From positions 96,001 through 160,000 of the forward strand of contig CAVXXK010000003.1 in NCBI GenBank assembly GCA_963765675.1: a stretch of DNA of 64,000 nt. The letters run 5' to 3'. Source of the stretch: an uncultured delta proteobacterium (GTDB lineage: Bacteria; Desulfobacterota; Binatia; Binatales; Binataceae). Numbering within the stretch: the first letter of the stretch is position 1; each line of letters begins with the position of its first letter. Of this stretch, positions 1 to 10,598 are shown piece after piece. The notes under the pieces were generated by a model that saw nothing but the letters and a program-made list of their open reading frames with translations, searched no databases and was not told where the DNA came from. The position numbers were made by a program, and so were the translations under genes.

Positions 1-163
1 ACGGCTTCGCATAGGATTGCCCGCGGAAACCGGGTGCGACGCGCAAATTGCGCGGGCAGCCGATGGTGCAAAATACGCGGTCCGATTTGTGATAGGCGGG
101 ATCGTCCAGCGCTGAACCGAGCAGACGCCCCTGACACAGCAATTTAAAATCTCAGCCGTCTTC

Positions 164-2350
164 GTGACCACCGCCATAGTGGTGCTTTTCGGCGTCGTCG
201 CGACCTATTTCCTCGGCTCGATTGCGATCACGGCCAATCACGAGGCCATCAGAGATCACGCGCGGATCGAGCGTCTCTCGGACACGCTGTCCGTTTTGAA
301 GGACGCCGAGACGGGCCAGCGAGGCTTTTTGCTGACTGGAGACGAACAATATCTCGCGCCTTACCAACGCGCGCTTGCGGAAATAAAAACCAATCTGCAA
401 CATCTTCAACGCATCTCAGAGAAGAGCAACGATCAGGCAATCACTGGCGATGACGTTGCGAGCCTGACTCGCCTGGTCGATGGAAAGTTGGACGAATTGC
501 GCGAGACTATCGCGCTCAGACGGGCGCGGGGACTCGATGCGGCGTTGGCGGTCGTGAACACCGATCGTGGCAAACATCTGATGGATTCGATCCGGGGCAA
601 GATCGGGGCGATGACCTCGCGCGAAGATTCGGCGCTTGCCGCCTCTGCCGCTCGCGCCGAATCATTAGAGTATTACCGCGACATCATATTTGCGGTCCTT
701 GCCGTTCTGATCCTGGCGATTCTTGGATGGGCGTATCGGCAGATCCGTGCGGAAATGGAGCGGCGGGAAACATCGCTCCGCGAGACCCAGCGTCAAAAGG
801 ATTTGTTCGAAGTTACCCTCGCCAGTATCGGAGACGCAGTAATCGTCACCGATACCCAAGCGCAAGTCACCTTCCTGAACCAGACCGCCGAAGAGCTAAC
901 CGGATGGAGCCGATCCGAAGCTCTGGAACAACCGTGCGAGAAAATCTTCAAGATCATCCGGGAGGACACGCGCGCGACGGTCGAGAGTCCCGTCGAAAAA
1001 GTGTTCCGCCTGGGATCGATCGTCGGACTGGCAAATCATACGCTGCTGATTCGCAAGGACGGCACTGAATTGCCGATCGACGACAGCGGATCACCGATCA
1101 GAGATTTTGACGGTTCGCTCCGAGGCGTGGTTTTGATCTTCCGTGACTTCTCGGTCCATCGCGCCGCGGAAGCCAAATTGCGCGAAACCAACGCCGCGCT
1201 GCAGGCGGCGAGCCGCGCGAAAGATCAGTTCATGGCCGCACTATCCCATGAACTGAGAACTCCGCTGACTCCGGTGCTCGCAACGCTTATGACCTGGGAA
1301 GTGAGCGACGAGTTGCCGTCTTCACTTCGTTCAGGCGTCGAAATGCTGCGCCGGAATGTGCAACTGGAGGCGCGGATCATCGACGATCTCCTCGATCTGA
1401 CGCGCATCACCAAGGGCAAGCTCTCGCTCAATCCGGAAATTGTTGACGCGCACGATCTGGTTGAGAACGTTATCGCTATGTACCGCAGCGATATCAACGC
1501 CAAGCACCTGATCTTGTCTCAAGACCTGGTTGCGAAGCGTTATCATGTGAATGCTGACTCCGCCCGCCTGCAACAGGTGTTCGCAAATATCCTCAACAAC
1601 GCGATCAAATTCGTCGAGCCGAACGGACGTATCCGTATAGTCACTTCCAACGATTCCGAAGGAAACCTGCAAATCTCCTTCGCCGATGATGGCATCGGAA
1701 TCGCCCAGGACGCTCTGGACCGTATATTCACTCCGTTTGAACAGGAAACCGAGCAGATAACTCGCCGGTACGGTGGCTTGGGCCTCGGCCTGGCGGTTTC
1801 CAAATCGCTGGTCGATGCCCACGGTGGAAATCTCACCGCCGCCAGCGCAGGGCCGCACCAGGGATCGAACTTCACCGTCATCTTGCCATCACTCGACTCC
1901 GATGCCGAAGCGAGATCGCGGGGCTCCAACGCCTATTCGGCAAATCATGACGGCGTCGGTAAAGGATTCAGTATCCTGTTTGTCGAAGACCATCAGGACA
2001 CGGCGGAAGTGATGAGCGGGATTCTGCGCTCGCAGGGATATCTCGTTCAAACCTGCGCGACTGTGAGCGAGGCGACCCGGCTCGCGCGCGAGAACAATTT
2101 TGATCTCATTTTGAGCGATGTGGGACTGCCCGATGGTACGGGAATCGATCTGATCCGCGCGATCAGGCTACACAGCACGGTTCCCGCTATCGCGCTGACC
2201 GGCTTCGGAATGGATCAGGACATCGCCAGCTTCAGGGATGCCGGTTTCAACGTGCACCTGACCAAGCCGGTCAATCTGCAGCGCCTCCTGATCGCGATCA
2301 ATGATTTGACTGTCTCCCAAAGATCCACCGAGGCGCGCACCCGGAACTAG
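164..2350 (+). CDS. Hybrid sensor histidine kinase (CHASE3-PAS-HisKA-HATPase-REC)
   Basis: CHASE3 motif DAETGQRGFLLTG between two TM segments; PAS (SIGDAVIVTD); H-box LSHELRTPL; G-boxes DDGIGI and GGLGLGL; C-terminal receiver (ILFVEDH...LSDVGLPD...LTKP). Confidence 0.93.
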   Translation: MTTAIVVLFGVVATYFLGSIAITANHEAIRDHARIERLSDTLSVLKDAETGQRGFLLTGDEQYLAPYQRALAEIKTNLQHLQRISEKSNDQAITGDDVASLTRLVDGKLDELRETIALRRARGLDAALAVVNTDRGKHLMDSIRGKIGAMTSREDSALAASAARAESLEYYRDIIFAVLAVLILAILGWAYRQIRAEMERRETSLRETQRQKDLFEVTLASIGDAVIVTDTQAQVTFLNQTAEELTGWSRSEALEQPCEKIFKIIREDTRATVESPVEKVFRLGSIVGLANHTLLIRKDGTELPIDDSGSPIRDFDGSLRGVVLIFRDFSVHRAAEAKLRETNAALQAASRAKDQFMAALSHELRTPLTPVLATLMTWEVSDELPSSLRSGVEMLRRNVQLEARIIDDLLDLTRITKGKLSLNPEIVDAHDLVENVIAMYRSDINAKHLILSQDLVAKRYHVNADSARLQQVFANILNNAIKFVEPNGRIRIVTSNDSEGNLQISFADDGIGIAQDALDRIFTPFEQETEQITRRYGGLGLGLAVSKSLVDAHGGNLTAASAGPHQGSNFTVILPSLDSDAEARSRGSNAYSANHDGVGKGFSILFVEDHQDTAEVMSGILRSQGYLVQTCATVSEATRLARENNFDLILSDVGLPDGTGIDLIRAIRLHSTVPAIALTGFGMDQDIASFRDAGFNVHLTKPVNLQRLLIAINDLTVSQRSTEARTRN

Positions 2351-3459
2351 AAACGTTCAGGTGTGCCGCGGCCGGTCTCGGACCCTTCGGACAGCGGAAG
2401 ATCCAGAACGAATGAAGCGCCTTTGGGCGTGCGGTTCTCCGCGCGAATCTCTCCCCCGGTTCGTGTCAGGACATCGCGCGCCATCGACAGTCCGAGCCCG
2501 CTGCCAAACGCTTTAGTGGTAAAGAACGGGTCGAAAATCTTCACAAGGATTTCCGCCGGAATACCGGTGCCTTCATCCGAAATGGTGAGCTCGACCGACG
2601 AGGGCGTGTTTCGTGCTTCGACCACGATGTTGCCGCCGTCGGCCATCGCATCGCGCGCGTTAATCAGCAGGTTCGCGATCACATGCTTGAGCTGATTCGG
2701 CGGGGCCGCGATCTTTGGCAGCGGATCCCGGATTCGGCTGTCAATTTTGATGACGCCGCCTCTTGCGGTCGGAGTCTTCTCGATCAGGAGCGTCACCATC
2801 TCGATCGAATCGCGAACCAGCCTCTGCAAATCCACAGGTTTGATTTTTTCTTGCTGATCGGCATTCACGAATTCACGCAGCGACCGCACACGGTCGGATG
2901 CGGCTGCGATTGAGCGTTTCAATGCATCGACTTCCGACTTCAACCCGTCGTCGACTTTTCCCTCGATCAGATGCAGCCGCAGAACGGCCGCATTGAGACT
3001 GTTGTTCAGGTCGTGCGCCAGTCCGGTGGCCATCTCGCCGATCGAGCGCAGGCGCTCGTTGCGGAACAGCTCGTCCCTCAATTGAACCATCCCCACCAGC
3101 GCGACGATCTGGTGCGTGGACTCCACGCCTATCCCCGCGACGTGCGGCGAGCCGTCGAGTTCCAGCAGAAACCTGAGCACTGTGAGAAATTTGCCGTTCT
3201 CGACCTGGTCGGTCGAAACCATCGTGTTCCCGGTGGCGAGAACCTGTTGGTCCTTGCGCCAGTAAACCAGGCCGACATCGGGAAAGAGCTCCGCGTCGCG
3301 AGATCCTATCCATCGATCGCGCTCGAGGTTGAGATCCGACACCAGAGTCTGATTCACAAATATGTATCGGCCGTCGGCATCTTTGATCCAAACCCGGGCG
3401 GGTAAATTCGCCAGAAGCTTCGAGAAGAGAATCTCCTCGTGACTGGTGGACGGTGTCAT
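2347..3459 (-). CDS. PAS-domain sensor histidine kinase, soluble (start uncertain; ORF open to 3504)
   Basis: PAS_4-like (VWIKDADGRYIFVN), H-box AHDLNN, NLLINARDAM, DEGTGI, FDPFFTTK, GSGLGL. Confidence 0.88.
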   Translation of the reverse strand: MTPSTSHEEILFSKLLANLPARVWIKDADGRYIFVNQTLVSDLNLERDRWIGSRDAELFPDVGLVYWRKDQQVLATGNTMVSTDQVENGKFLTVLRFLLELDGSPHVAGIGVESTHQIVALVGMVQLRDELFRNERLRSIGEMATGLAHDLNNSLNAAVLRLHLIEGKVDDGLKSEVDALKRSIAAASDRVRSLREFVNADQQEKIKPVDLQRLVRDSIEMVTLLIEKTPTARGGVIKIDSRIRDPLPKIAAPPNQLKHVIANLLINARDAMADGGNIVVEARNTPSSVELTISDEGTGIPAEILVKIFDPFFTTKAFGSGLGLSMARDVLTRTGGEIRAENRTPKGASFVLDLPLSEGSETGRGTPERF

Positions 3460-3599
3460 GGAGTGAGGCACGGCCGGTCCAAGGCTACTAGGCACTGTGC
3501 CCAATGTACAGCACAGACAACGCTCGGCGCGGTCCGGCGCTCTCGAATCGGGCCAGAATTTCTGCGATATAACAGGTTCGGGCGAGGAGCGAATTACGC

Positions 3600-5021
3600 A
3601 TGAGCGTGAGGCACGTGATTGTAATCGGAGCCGGTATCGGCGGAATGTGCGCCGCCCGTGTGCTATCCGATCGTTTCGAACGGGTTACGATCGTCGAACG
3701 CGACGAGCTTGCCGACACGCCAATTCATCGCAAAGGCGTCCCACAAAGCCGCCATCCGCACGGCCTCCTCGACCGCGGCCGCCGCGAGCTCAATGCCCTA
3801 TTTCCAGGCCTCGACGATACCCTGCACGCGCGCGGCGGACTCGACCTCGACGCCGGACTGGACCTCGCCACCCTGCAGCCCGAGGGCTGGGCCCAGCGGC
3901 GGCGTACCGGCCATCAGATGCTGTTCGCGAGCCGGCTGCTGATCGAGGCGGTTATCCGCGACCGCGTGAAAGCTATCGACAACGTCCATTTCCTCGAAGG
4001 AACCGAGGTCACGCGCCTGACCGTCGCAGCCGGCGACTCGCGTCGCGTGAGCGGAGTCGATACGCGCAGGGTGAGCGACCGCTCTGCCAGCCACCTCGAG
4101 GCGGACCTGGTGGTCGATTGCAGCGGGCGCAGCTCGCGCGCGCCGGCCTGGCTCGAGCAGATGGGTTTTGCGCCCGCCGAGCGGGAAGTCGTCGATGCCG
4201 AAGCGGGCTACAGCACCTGCTGGTACCAGGCGCCGCCGGCCGGCGAGCGTCCGCCGAGCTGGTGGTGGAAGGGAATTTTTCTCAACCCGTCGGCGCATCC
4301 GACCGCGCCAGAGGATTACTATTTCGCGCTGACCCTTCCGATCGAGGGCGACCGCTTTCTGCTGACCCTGGCCTCCTGGGGCGGGCGCGAGCTTCCCGCT
4401 GATCACGATTCGTTCGCCGCGCTATGCGCGAAACTGCGCTCGCCGATCGTGGCTGAGGCGCTGGCGATCTCGAAACCAATCTCCGCGATCTTCCATCGCC
4501 GGGGCATGCAGAACATCTGGAACCATTACGAACGATGGAGCGGCCCCGCGGGATTCGTATGCGTCGCCGACGCGGCGTGCGCCTTCAATCCGGTCTACGC
4601 CCAGGGGATGACGAGCGCGTCGGTCTGCTCGCAGATTCTCGGAAAAGCCGTGAGTGAGATGGATCCGGCCGACCCTGAATTTCCGGGCAGGTTCTTCAAA
4701 CTGCAAGCTGAATTCGTAAGACAGCCGTGGGCGCTGTCGGTGGCGCGCGATCGCCAGGCGCTCGAGCGTGGACAAGGCGGCGCGAAATCCGAGGGCGAGA
4801 TCAGCACTGAAATGTGGGAGCGCATCATGCGCGAGGGCGGCGGCGTTCCGGTAATCGCCGAAGCGATCTTCGATGTAATAAATCTGAACCGTCCGCCGGA
4901 GTCGTTGGTCGGTGATTCGGAGTTCGTCGCCGCGGTGAGCGAGATCATGGCGCGGCCGCCCCGCCCTGCCACCCCCGACCAGGACATCGCGCCCTATCCG
5001 CCAGCAAACGTAGCCAATTAA
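3600..5021 (+). CDS. FAD-dependent monooxygenase / oxidoreductase (LasC epoxidase-like family)
   Basis: Rossmann VIGAGIGG, RKGVPQSRHPH, ADLVVDCSGR, DAACAFNPVYAQGM; SD aggag upstream. Confidence 0.85.
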   Translation: MSVRHVIVIGAGIGGMCAARVLSDRFERVTIVERDELADTPIHRKGVPQSRHPHGLLDRGRRELNALFPGLDDTLHARGGLDLDAGLDLATLQPEGWAQRRRTGHQMLFASRLLIEAVIRDRVKAIDNVHFLEGTEVTRLTVAAGDSRRVSGVDTRRVSDRSASHLEADLVVDCSGRSSRAPAWLEQMGFAPAEREVVDAEAGYSTCWYQAPPAGERPPSWWWKGIFLNPSAHPTAPEDYYFALTLPIEGDRFLLTLASWGGRELPADHDSFAALCAKLRSPIVAEALAISKPISAIFHRRGMQNIWNHYERWSGPAGFVCVADAACAFNPVYAQGMTSASVCSQILGKAVSEMDPADPEFPGRFFKLQAEFVRQPWALSVARDRQALERGQGGAKSEGEISTEMWERIMREGGGVPVIAEAIFDVINLNRPPESLVGDSEFVAAVSEIMARPPRPATPDQDIAPYPPANVAN

Positions 5022-5031
5022 GGAGCACTCA

Positions 5032-6210
5032 ATGAACCCGATTCGACCCAACCGCATGCGAGCGGGAATTTTTCTCGCGCCCTTTCATCCGACCGACGAG
5101 GATCCGACTCTCGCGCTCCGGCGCGACATCGATCTGATCGCGCATCTCGATCGAATCGGCTTCGACGAAGCCTGGATCGGCGAGCATCACTCGGCCGGCT
5201 ACGAAATTATCGCCTCGCCGGAACTGATGATCGCGGCCGCGGCCGAGCGGACCGAGCGCATCCGAATCGGCACCGGCGTGATCTCGCTGCCGTACCATCA
5301 CCCTCTGATGGTAGCGAACCGGATTATCCAGCTCGATCATATGACGCGGGGCCGCGCGATGTTCGGAGTTGGGCCCGGGCTGTTGCCGTCGGACGCGGAG
5401 ATGCTGGGCGTGCCGGTACCGAAGCAGCGCGATCGGATGTCCGAGTCGCTCGACGTGATCATGCGCCTGCTCGCGGGCGAAGTAATCACCGAAAAGTCTG
5501 AATGGTACACGCTCAAGGAAGCGCGCTGCCAACTGCTGCCCTACACGCGCCCACGGCCCGAATTCGCCGTCGCGAGCACGTTTACCCCTTCGGGCGGTAA
5601 GCTCGCGGGACGCTACGGAATCGGAATGCTGTGCGTGGCCGCATCGCAGGCGGGTGCGTATGACGTACTCGGAACGAACTGGCAGGTCGCCTGCGACATC
5701 GCGCGCGAGCACGGCCGCGAGATGGATCGAGGGCTCTTGCGCCTGGTCGTTCCGATGCATATTGCCGAGAGCCGCGAGCAGGCGATGCGCGATGTCAAGT
5801 TTGGACTGACCAAGTGGGTGGACTACTTCAGCCGGATCAATCCGACCGCGAGCGGTGACGACCTGGGCGCTGCCGATCCTGCCGAGGGCATGGTCGCGTC
5901 GGGACGCGCCGTGATTGGCACTCCCGACGACGCGGTCGCGATGGTTGAAAAGCTCGAGAAGCAGTCGGGCGGTTTCGGATGCCTGCTGATGCTCGCGCAC
6001 AACTGGGCGAACTTCGAAGCGACCAAGAATTCGTACGAACTGTTCGCGCGCCACGTTTTGCCGCGCTTCAACGGCTCCAACCTTGGACGCACCGCGTCGC
6101 TGCAGTGGTACACCGAAAATAACCACGAGCTGATCGGCAAGGCGATGCAGGCGGCCGCCGAGACCGTGCAGAAATTCATGGCGGAACAAGCGGCCAAGAA
6201 GAGTCACTGA
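5032..6210 (+). CDS. LLM-class flavin-dependent monooxygenase (limonene 1,2-monooxygenase LimB-like)
   Basis: GIFLAPFH, GFDEAWIGEHHSAGYEIIASPE, DHMTRGRAMFGVGPG; SD aggag. Confidence 0.88.
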   Translation: MNPIRPNRMRAGIFLAPFHPTDEDPTLALRRDIDLIAHLDRIGFDEAWIGEHHSAGYEIIASPELMIAAAAERTERIRIGTGVISLPYHHPLMVANRIIQLDHMTRGRAMFGVGPGLLPSDAEMLGVPVPKQRDRMSESLDVIMRLLAGEVITEKSEWYTLKEARCQLLPYTRPRPEFAVASTFTPSGGKLAGRYGIGMLCVAASQAGAYDVLGTNWQVACDIAREHGREMDRGLLRLVVPMHIAESREQAMRDVKFGLTKWVDYFSRINPTASGDDLGAADPAEGMVASGRAVIGTPDDAVAMVEKLEKQSGGFGCLLMLAHNWANFEATKNSYELFARHVLPRFNGSNLGRTASLQWYTENNHELIGKAMQAAAETVQKFMAEQAAKKSH

Positions 6211-6250
6211 TCGCGGCCTGGAAGTTTCGGGAAGTCTCGAGGAGTTCGCA

Positions 6251-7237
6251 ATGCCAACTGTAGCGTGGCCCAAGAGCCGCATCGTACCGATCGCGGCGCG
6301 CGGGAATCAGCCGTCGATCAATCTGGCCGTTCATGAAGAGGGCACCGGACCGGCGGTGGTTTTCTGCCACGGCTTTCCCGAACTGGCCTACTCGTGGCGG
6401 CATCAGCTTCCCGCAGTAGCGGCGGCGGGTTTTCGCGCGATCGCTCCCGACCAGCGCGGCTATGGAGAATCCAGCGCGCCAGCGGCAATCACCGACTATG
6501 GACTCACCGAGCTGACCGGCGATCTGGTCGGCCTGCTCGACGCGCTCAAGATCGAACGCGCGGTGTTCGTGGGACACGACTGGGGCGGCTTCGTGGCGTG
6601 GGCGATGCCGGTGCTGCATCCCGAGCGCACCGCGGGCGTTATCGGCGTCTGCACGCCGTACATGGCGATACCGCCAATTTCGGTGATGCGCACGATGGTC
6701 GGTGGAAAAGATGAACGCCACTACATCGTATGGTTCCAGGAGCCGGGCCGCGCCGAGAGCGTGATGGACAGCAGGGCGCGAATGATTTTCGATCGTCTGA
6801 TGAGAGCACCGGTCAGTCCCGAGGAGAGCGCGAAGCGCTTCATGGCGTCGGGGGAGTTCGACATGAACCCATTTCGGCGGATCGAAGAACTCGCGCCCGA
6901 TACCGCACTGATCGTCACGCCGGAGGAACTTGACGTGTATGCCGCGGCGTTCGAAAAGACCGGCTTTCGCGGCGGCATCAATTGGTACCGGAACATCGAT
7001 CGCAACTCGCGCGAGTTGCCCGCAATCGGAACTGCGAAGCTCTCGCTTCCTACGCTGATGATCACAGCGCAGTGGGACGCCGCGCTTCCTCCGCGTCTGG
7101 CCGAAGGGATGCCCAAGCTGTGTTCGGACCTGGAGACGGTCCAAATCGATCGCGCGGGCCATTGGGTGCAGCAGGAATTTCCGGACGAGGTGAATCGGGC
7201 AATCACCGGATGGCTTGGCCGTCACATGCGCAAATGA
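6251..7237 (+). CDS. Alpha/beta-fold epoxide hydrolase (EphA-like)
   Basis: HGFPE oxyanion motif, nucleophile GHDWGG, NWYRN tyrosine, GHWVQQE catalytic His. Confidence 0.9.
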   Translation: MPTVAWPKSRIVPIAARGNQPSINLAVHEEGTGPAVVFCHGFPELAYSWRHQLPAVAAAGFRAIAPDQRGYGESSAPAAITDYGLTELTGDLVGLLDALKIERAVFVGHDWGGFVAWAMPVLHPERTAGVIGVCTPYMAIPPISVMRTMVGGKDERHYIVWFQEPGRAESVMDSRARMIFDRLMRAPVSPEESAKRFMASGEFDMNPFRRIEELAPDTALIVTPEELDVYAAAFEKTGFRGGINWYRNIDRNSRELPAIGTAKLSLPTLMITAQWDAALPPRLAEGMPKLCSDLETVQIDRAGHWVQQEFPDEVNRAITGWLGRHMRK

Positions 7238-7300
7238 CCGCAAACGTGGCGCAATCGCCAGCTCTTGCGAGTTGCACGCAAATTTACGTAACTTGGAGCT

Positions 7301-8437
7301 ATGGCGATCCCTGATCGGTCAAGTGGGAGATTGCTGACGCTGCTGCCGACTCTGTATGCATCACAGAGCCTAGAGAAATTTCCTCGGCATGCCTTATCCT
7401 GGATCCGCTACCTGATCGACGCAGACAGCGTGGCATTCAATGTGGTCGACCACACGCGGCAGGAAGTCGCGGTGGAGATCGATCCTGCTGTTACCGCTTT
7501 CCAAAATGGCGATTTCGAATCGGCCGCTGGCGCGAATATCGACCAGCATCCGTTGATCGCGCACTTCGAGCGCACCCGCGAGGCTCGGGCGCTCAGGTTG
7601 TCGGATTTCGTTACTCGCAGAGAACTGCATCGCCGCCGCATCTATCGGGAGACACTGCGGCCGCTTCGAATTGAATACTTGCTCGCCGCTCCTTTTATCG
7701 ACTCCGACACAGACAACCACATCGCCCTTTCACTGTCCCGGGAATCCGTTGACTTTGATGATCACGACCGCGAACTGCTCGACCTGCTGCTGCCGCACTT
7801 TGCCCAGGCTTATCGCAACGCGCAAGCGATTAGCCGCGCGCACACGCGGTTTGCTGATGGACGCGACATGGCCGAGCCAAGCGCTGGTTCTCTGACGATA
7901 CCGATCCGCAACGGAGCGCCGACAGATCTGAGTCCGCGCGCGCTCGAATTGCTGGAGAAATATTTTCCCGGCGAGGCGCGGACAATGGCCGCTTCACTGC
8001 CGGAGGCGCTTGAGACCTGGATGCGGTATCGGGAGTGCGCGATCAGAACCCCGGCGGGAATCTTGGAGCCATGCCGGCCGTGGACCGTGTACATGGACAC
8101 GGGACGACTCGAGATTCGTCTACTGCGCGGCTCCGCTCACAGCGAGATGAATCTGCTTCTGACCGAGACAACGCTATGCAATTCGCCCCGGCACCTCCAA
8201 GATCGATTGGGGCTGACCCAAAGGGAAGCCTCGGTTCTGCTCTGGATCGCGCAGGGCAAGACCAGCGCCGAGACCGCGCAGATTCTCTCGATCAGCCGGC
8301 GCACGGTCGATAAGCACCTCGAGCGCGTGTACCAGAAGCTAAGGGTCGAATCGCGCGTAGCGGCGGCAGCGCTTGCATGGGAAGCGCTGCACAAGGCGCC
8401 GGATTCCCGGCATGCGCGGATGCAGCGCGAGAATTAG
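7301..8437 (+). CDS. LuxR-family transcriptional regulator with N-terminal GAF-like domain
   Basis: C-terminal LTQREASVLLWIAQGKTSAETAQILSISRRTVDKHLERVYQKL HTH; N-terminal HPLI...RLSDF and DFDDHDRELLDLLLPH. Confidence 0.9.
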   Translation: MAIPDRSSGRLLTLLPTLYASQSLEKFPRHALSWIRYLIDADSVAFNVVDHTRQEVAVEIDPAVTAFQNGDFESAAGANIDQHPLIAHFERTREARALRLSDFVTRRELHRRRIYRETLRPLRIEYLLAAPFIDSDTDNHIALSLSRESVDFDDHDRELLDLLLPHFAQAYRNAQAISRAHTRFADGRDMAEPSAGSLTIPIRNGAPTDLSPRALELLEKYFPGEARTMAASLPEALETWMRYRECAIRTPAGILEPCRPWTVYMDTGRLEIRLLRGSAHSEMNLLLTETTLCNSPRHLQDRLGLTQREASVLLWIAQGKTSAETAQILSISRRTVDKHLERVYQKLRVESRVAAAALAWEALHKAPDSRHARMQREN

Positions 8438-8473
8438 CCGCAAGCGCTACCCGTCGCCGGTCGGCCCGCTCCT

Positions 8474-9646
8474 TCAGATCGCGTGCCGTTTGCGAAGCTC
8501 AGCTATGGCTGCGTCGTCATAGCCAAGCTCGCGAAGAATCTCATCGGTATGCTCCCCCGCCTCGGGAGTCGCGGTTTCAAGGGCGCTGTCAGTGCGCGAG
8601 AGCGTGAACGGCTGCCCGACCAGCTTGATGCTGCCGAGTTTCGGATGCTCAACGCTCTGCGCTATTCTCAGATGCTGCACCTGAGGATCGGCAAAGACCT
8701 GATCGACCGTGTTGATCGGTCCGCACGGTACGCCGGCCTCGTTCAGCACCTTGATCCAATGTTCCGACGGTCTGGTTTTTGTGACCTCTTCGATCTCGGC
8801 GTTGAGTTGCGCGCGATTTTTCGATCGGCTGACCGGATCGGAGAAGCGCGGATCGTCGATCCATCGTGGCGACTCCATCGTTCGAGCGAAGATCGCAAAC
8901 ATCTCCTGACCAACCACCGCGATATTGATCAGTCCGTCGCTGGTCTTGAACACTCCGGTCGGGATCGCGGTTGGATGGTCGTTGCCGGCCTGCTGCGGCA
9001 CACGCCCGTCCATTAGCCAGCGTGTTGCCTGGAAATCCAGAATCGCGATCTGCGCCTGCAAGAGCGAGGTCTGCACCCATTGCCCTCGGCCGGAGACCTC
9101 GCGCTCGAGCAGCGCGACGAGTATGCCCATCGCGCAGTAAAGTCCTGCGGTCGTATCGGCAACCGCAATTCCCGCGCGCACAGGACCCTGCCCCGGAAGC
9201 CCGGTCAGTGACATCAATCCGCCCATTCCCTGCGCGATCTGATCGAATCCCGGCCGCGACGCGTACGGTCCGTCCTGCCCGAATCCCGAAATGCTGCCGT
9301 ACACCAGCCGCGGATTGATCTTGCTCAACGCCTCGTAGTCGATGCCCAGGCGACGCTTTACGTCGGGGCGAAAGTTCTCGACCACCACGTCGGCGGTCTC
9401 GGCCAGCTTGCAGAGGATCGCCCTGCCCGCTTCATTTTTCAGATTGAGGGTCAGACTGCGTTTGTTGCGATGCAGATTCTGAAAATCCGAGCCGTGCCGC
9501 GCCCATTCGGAACCATCCGAGTCGGGCATCTCGACCTTGATGACCTGGGCGCCCCAGTCGGCGAGTTGGCGGACGCAGGTCGGACCGGAGCGCATCCGCG
9601 TCAGATCGATCACCTTGAACCGTTGCAGTGGCAGAGCTTTGGCCAT
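8474..9646 (-). CDS. Family III CoA-transferase (CaiB/BaiF)
   Basis: LADWGAQVIKVE, RNKRSLTLNLK, DVVVENFRP, catalytic Asp in AVADTTAG, GRGQWVQTSL. Confidence 0.92.
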   Translation of the reverse strand: MAKALPLQRFKVIDLTRMRSGPTCVRQLADWGAQVIKVEMPDSDGSEWARHGSDFQNLHRNKRSLTLNLKNEAGRAILCKLAETADVVVENFRPDVKRRLGIDYEALSKINPRLVYGSISGFGQDGPYASRPGFDQIAQGMGGLMSLTGLPGQGPVRAGIAVADTTAGLYCAMGILVALLEREVSGRGQWVQTSLLQAQIAILDFQATRWLMDGRVPQQAGNDHPTAIPTGVFKTSDGLINIAVVGQEMFAIFARTMESPRWIDDPRFSDPVSRSKNRAQLNAEIEEVTKTRPSEHWIKVLNEAGVPCGPINTVDQVFADPQVQHLRIAQSVEHPKLGSIKLVGQPFTLSRTDSALETATPEAGEHTDEILRELGYDDAAIAELRKRHAI

Positions 9647-9882
9647 TTCCCACCCTCTGGATTGTTGCGCAATACACGCGCTGAGTCCGAATCGTTCCAT
9701 GATCCGAAGGATTTTTCCATCCGCTCCGCGGCGCCATCCTCGCAGCGGGAGGGCCGGCAGGCTCGAAAAATCATGGCCGCGCACCCCTTTGCTACATAAC
9801 GCGACTCCCGCTAGCCTGCATCAGACGCGAGAGGGGTCACAGGAAACTTCCAACCAGGTTCGGACAGGAGGAGAAGAGAACG

Positions 9883-10422
9883 ATGAAGGCCACGATTAAG
9901 ACTATGACTCTGCTCGTCGCGATTACACTTGCAATCGCGTCGATCGGATCGCCGGCATTTGCAGAGGATGCAAACGGCGCCAAATCTGATACCAAGAGCA
10001 TGACCGTCCGGACGGGGTACCTGACCTGCCACGTCGCAGCGGGATGGGGCTTTATCTTCGGGTCGTCACGCGACATAAAGTGCGCGTACGCCCTGCAGCC
10101 CGGATACACCGAGTACTACACGGGATCGATCTCGAAGTTCGGCGCGGATATTGGCTATCTGCAGTCAGCCGTGCTTCTGTGGTCCGTGGCGGCTCCGACC
10201 AATAATCTCGGTCAGGGCGCGCTCGCCGGGCACTACGCCGGAGCGACTGCCAGCCTGGCGCTCGGAGTCGGCGCTGGAGCCAACGTGCTGGTCGGAGGAT
10301 TCAAAAACTCGATCGCGCTTCAGCCCGTATCGGTCGAAGGACAGAACGGACTCAATGTCGCCGCCGGCGTGGCGGAGTTGACCTTGAAGTTCGACAAGGC
10401 CAAGAAGGCCAAGAACGACTAG
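9883..10422 (+). CDS. DUF992 family secreted protein
   Basis: Signal peptide; GYLTC...GFIFGSSRDIKC; GAGANVLVGG...IALQPVSVEGQNGLNVAAGV. Confidence 0.85.
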   Translation: MKATIKTMTLLVAITLAIASIGSPAFAEDANGAKSDTKSMTVRTGYLTCHVAAGWGFIFGSSRDIKCAYALQPGYTEYYTGSISKFGADIGYLQSAVLLWSVAAPTNNLGQGALAGHYAGATASLALGVGAGANVLVGGFKNSIALQPVSVEGQNGLNVAAGVAELTLKFDKAKKAKND

Positions 10423-10450
10423 GACTCGGATCTGAATCGGCATCTAACCG

Positions 10451-10490
10451 AAGGGCCGTCCGCGATGAGTGGGCGGCCCTTCGCGATTTT
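10451..10490 (+). terminator. Rho-independent terminator after DUF992 gene
   Basis: Stem aagggccgtcc / gggcggccctt followed by a T-rich tract. Confidence 0.6.
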
Positions 10491-10598
10491 TCGCGCGCGC
10501 CTTGGCGCACCGCCGCACCTGCGCTACGCTTCACGCCGATGCATCGCGCCGAATCGTCAATGCAAACTCTCGCGCGTATCCGGACGGTCATCTGATCG

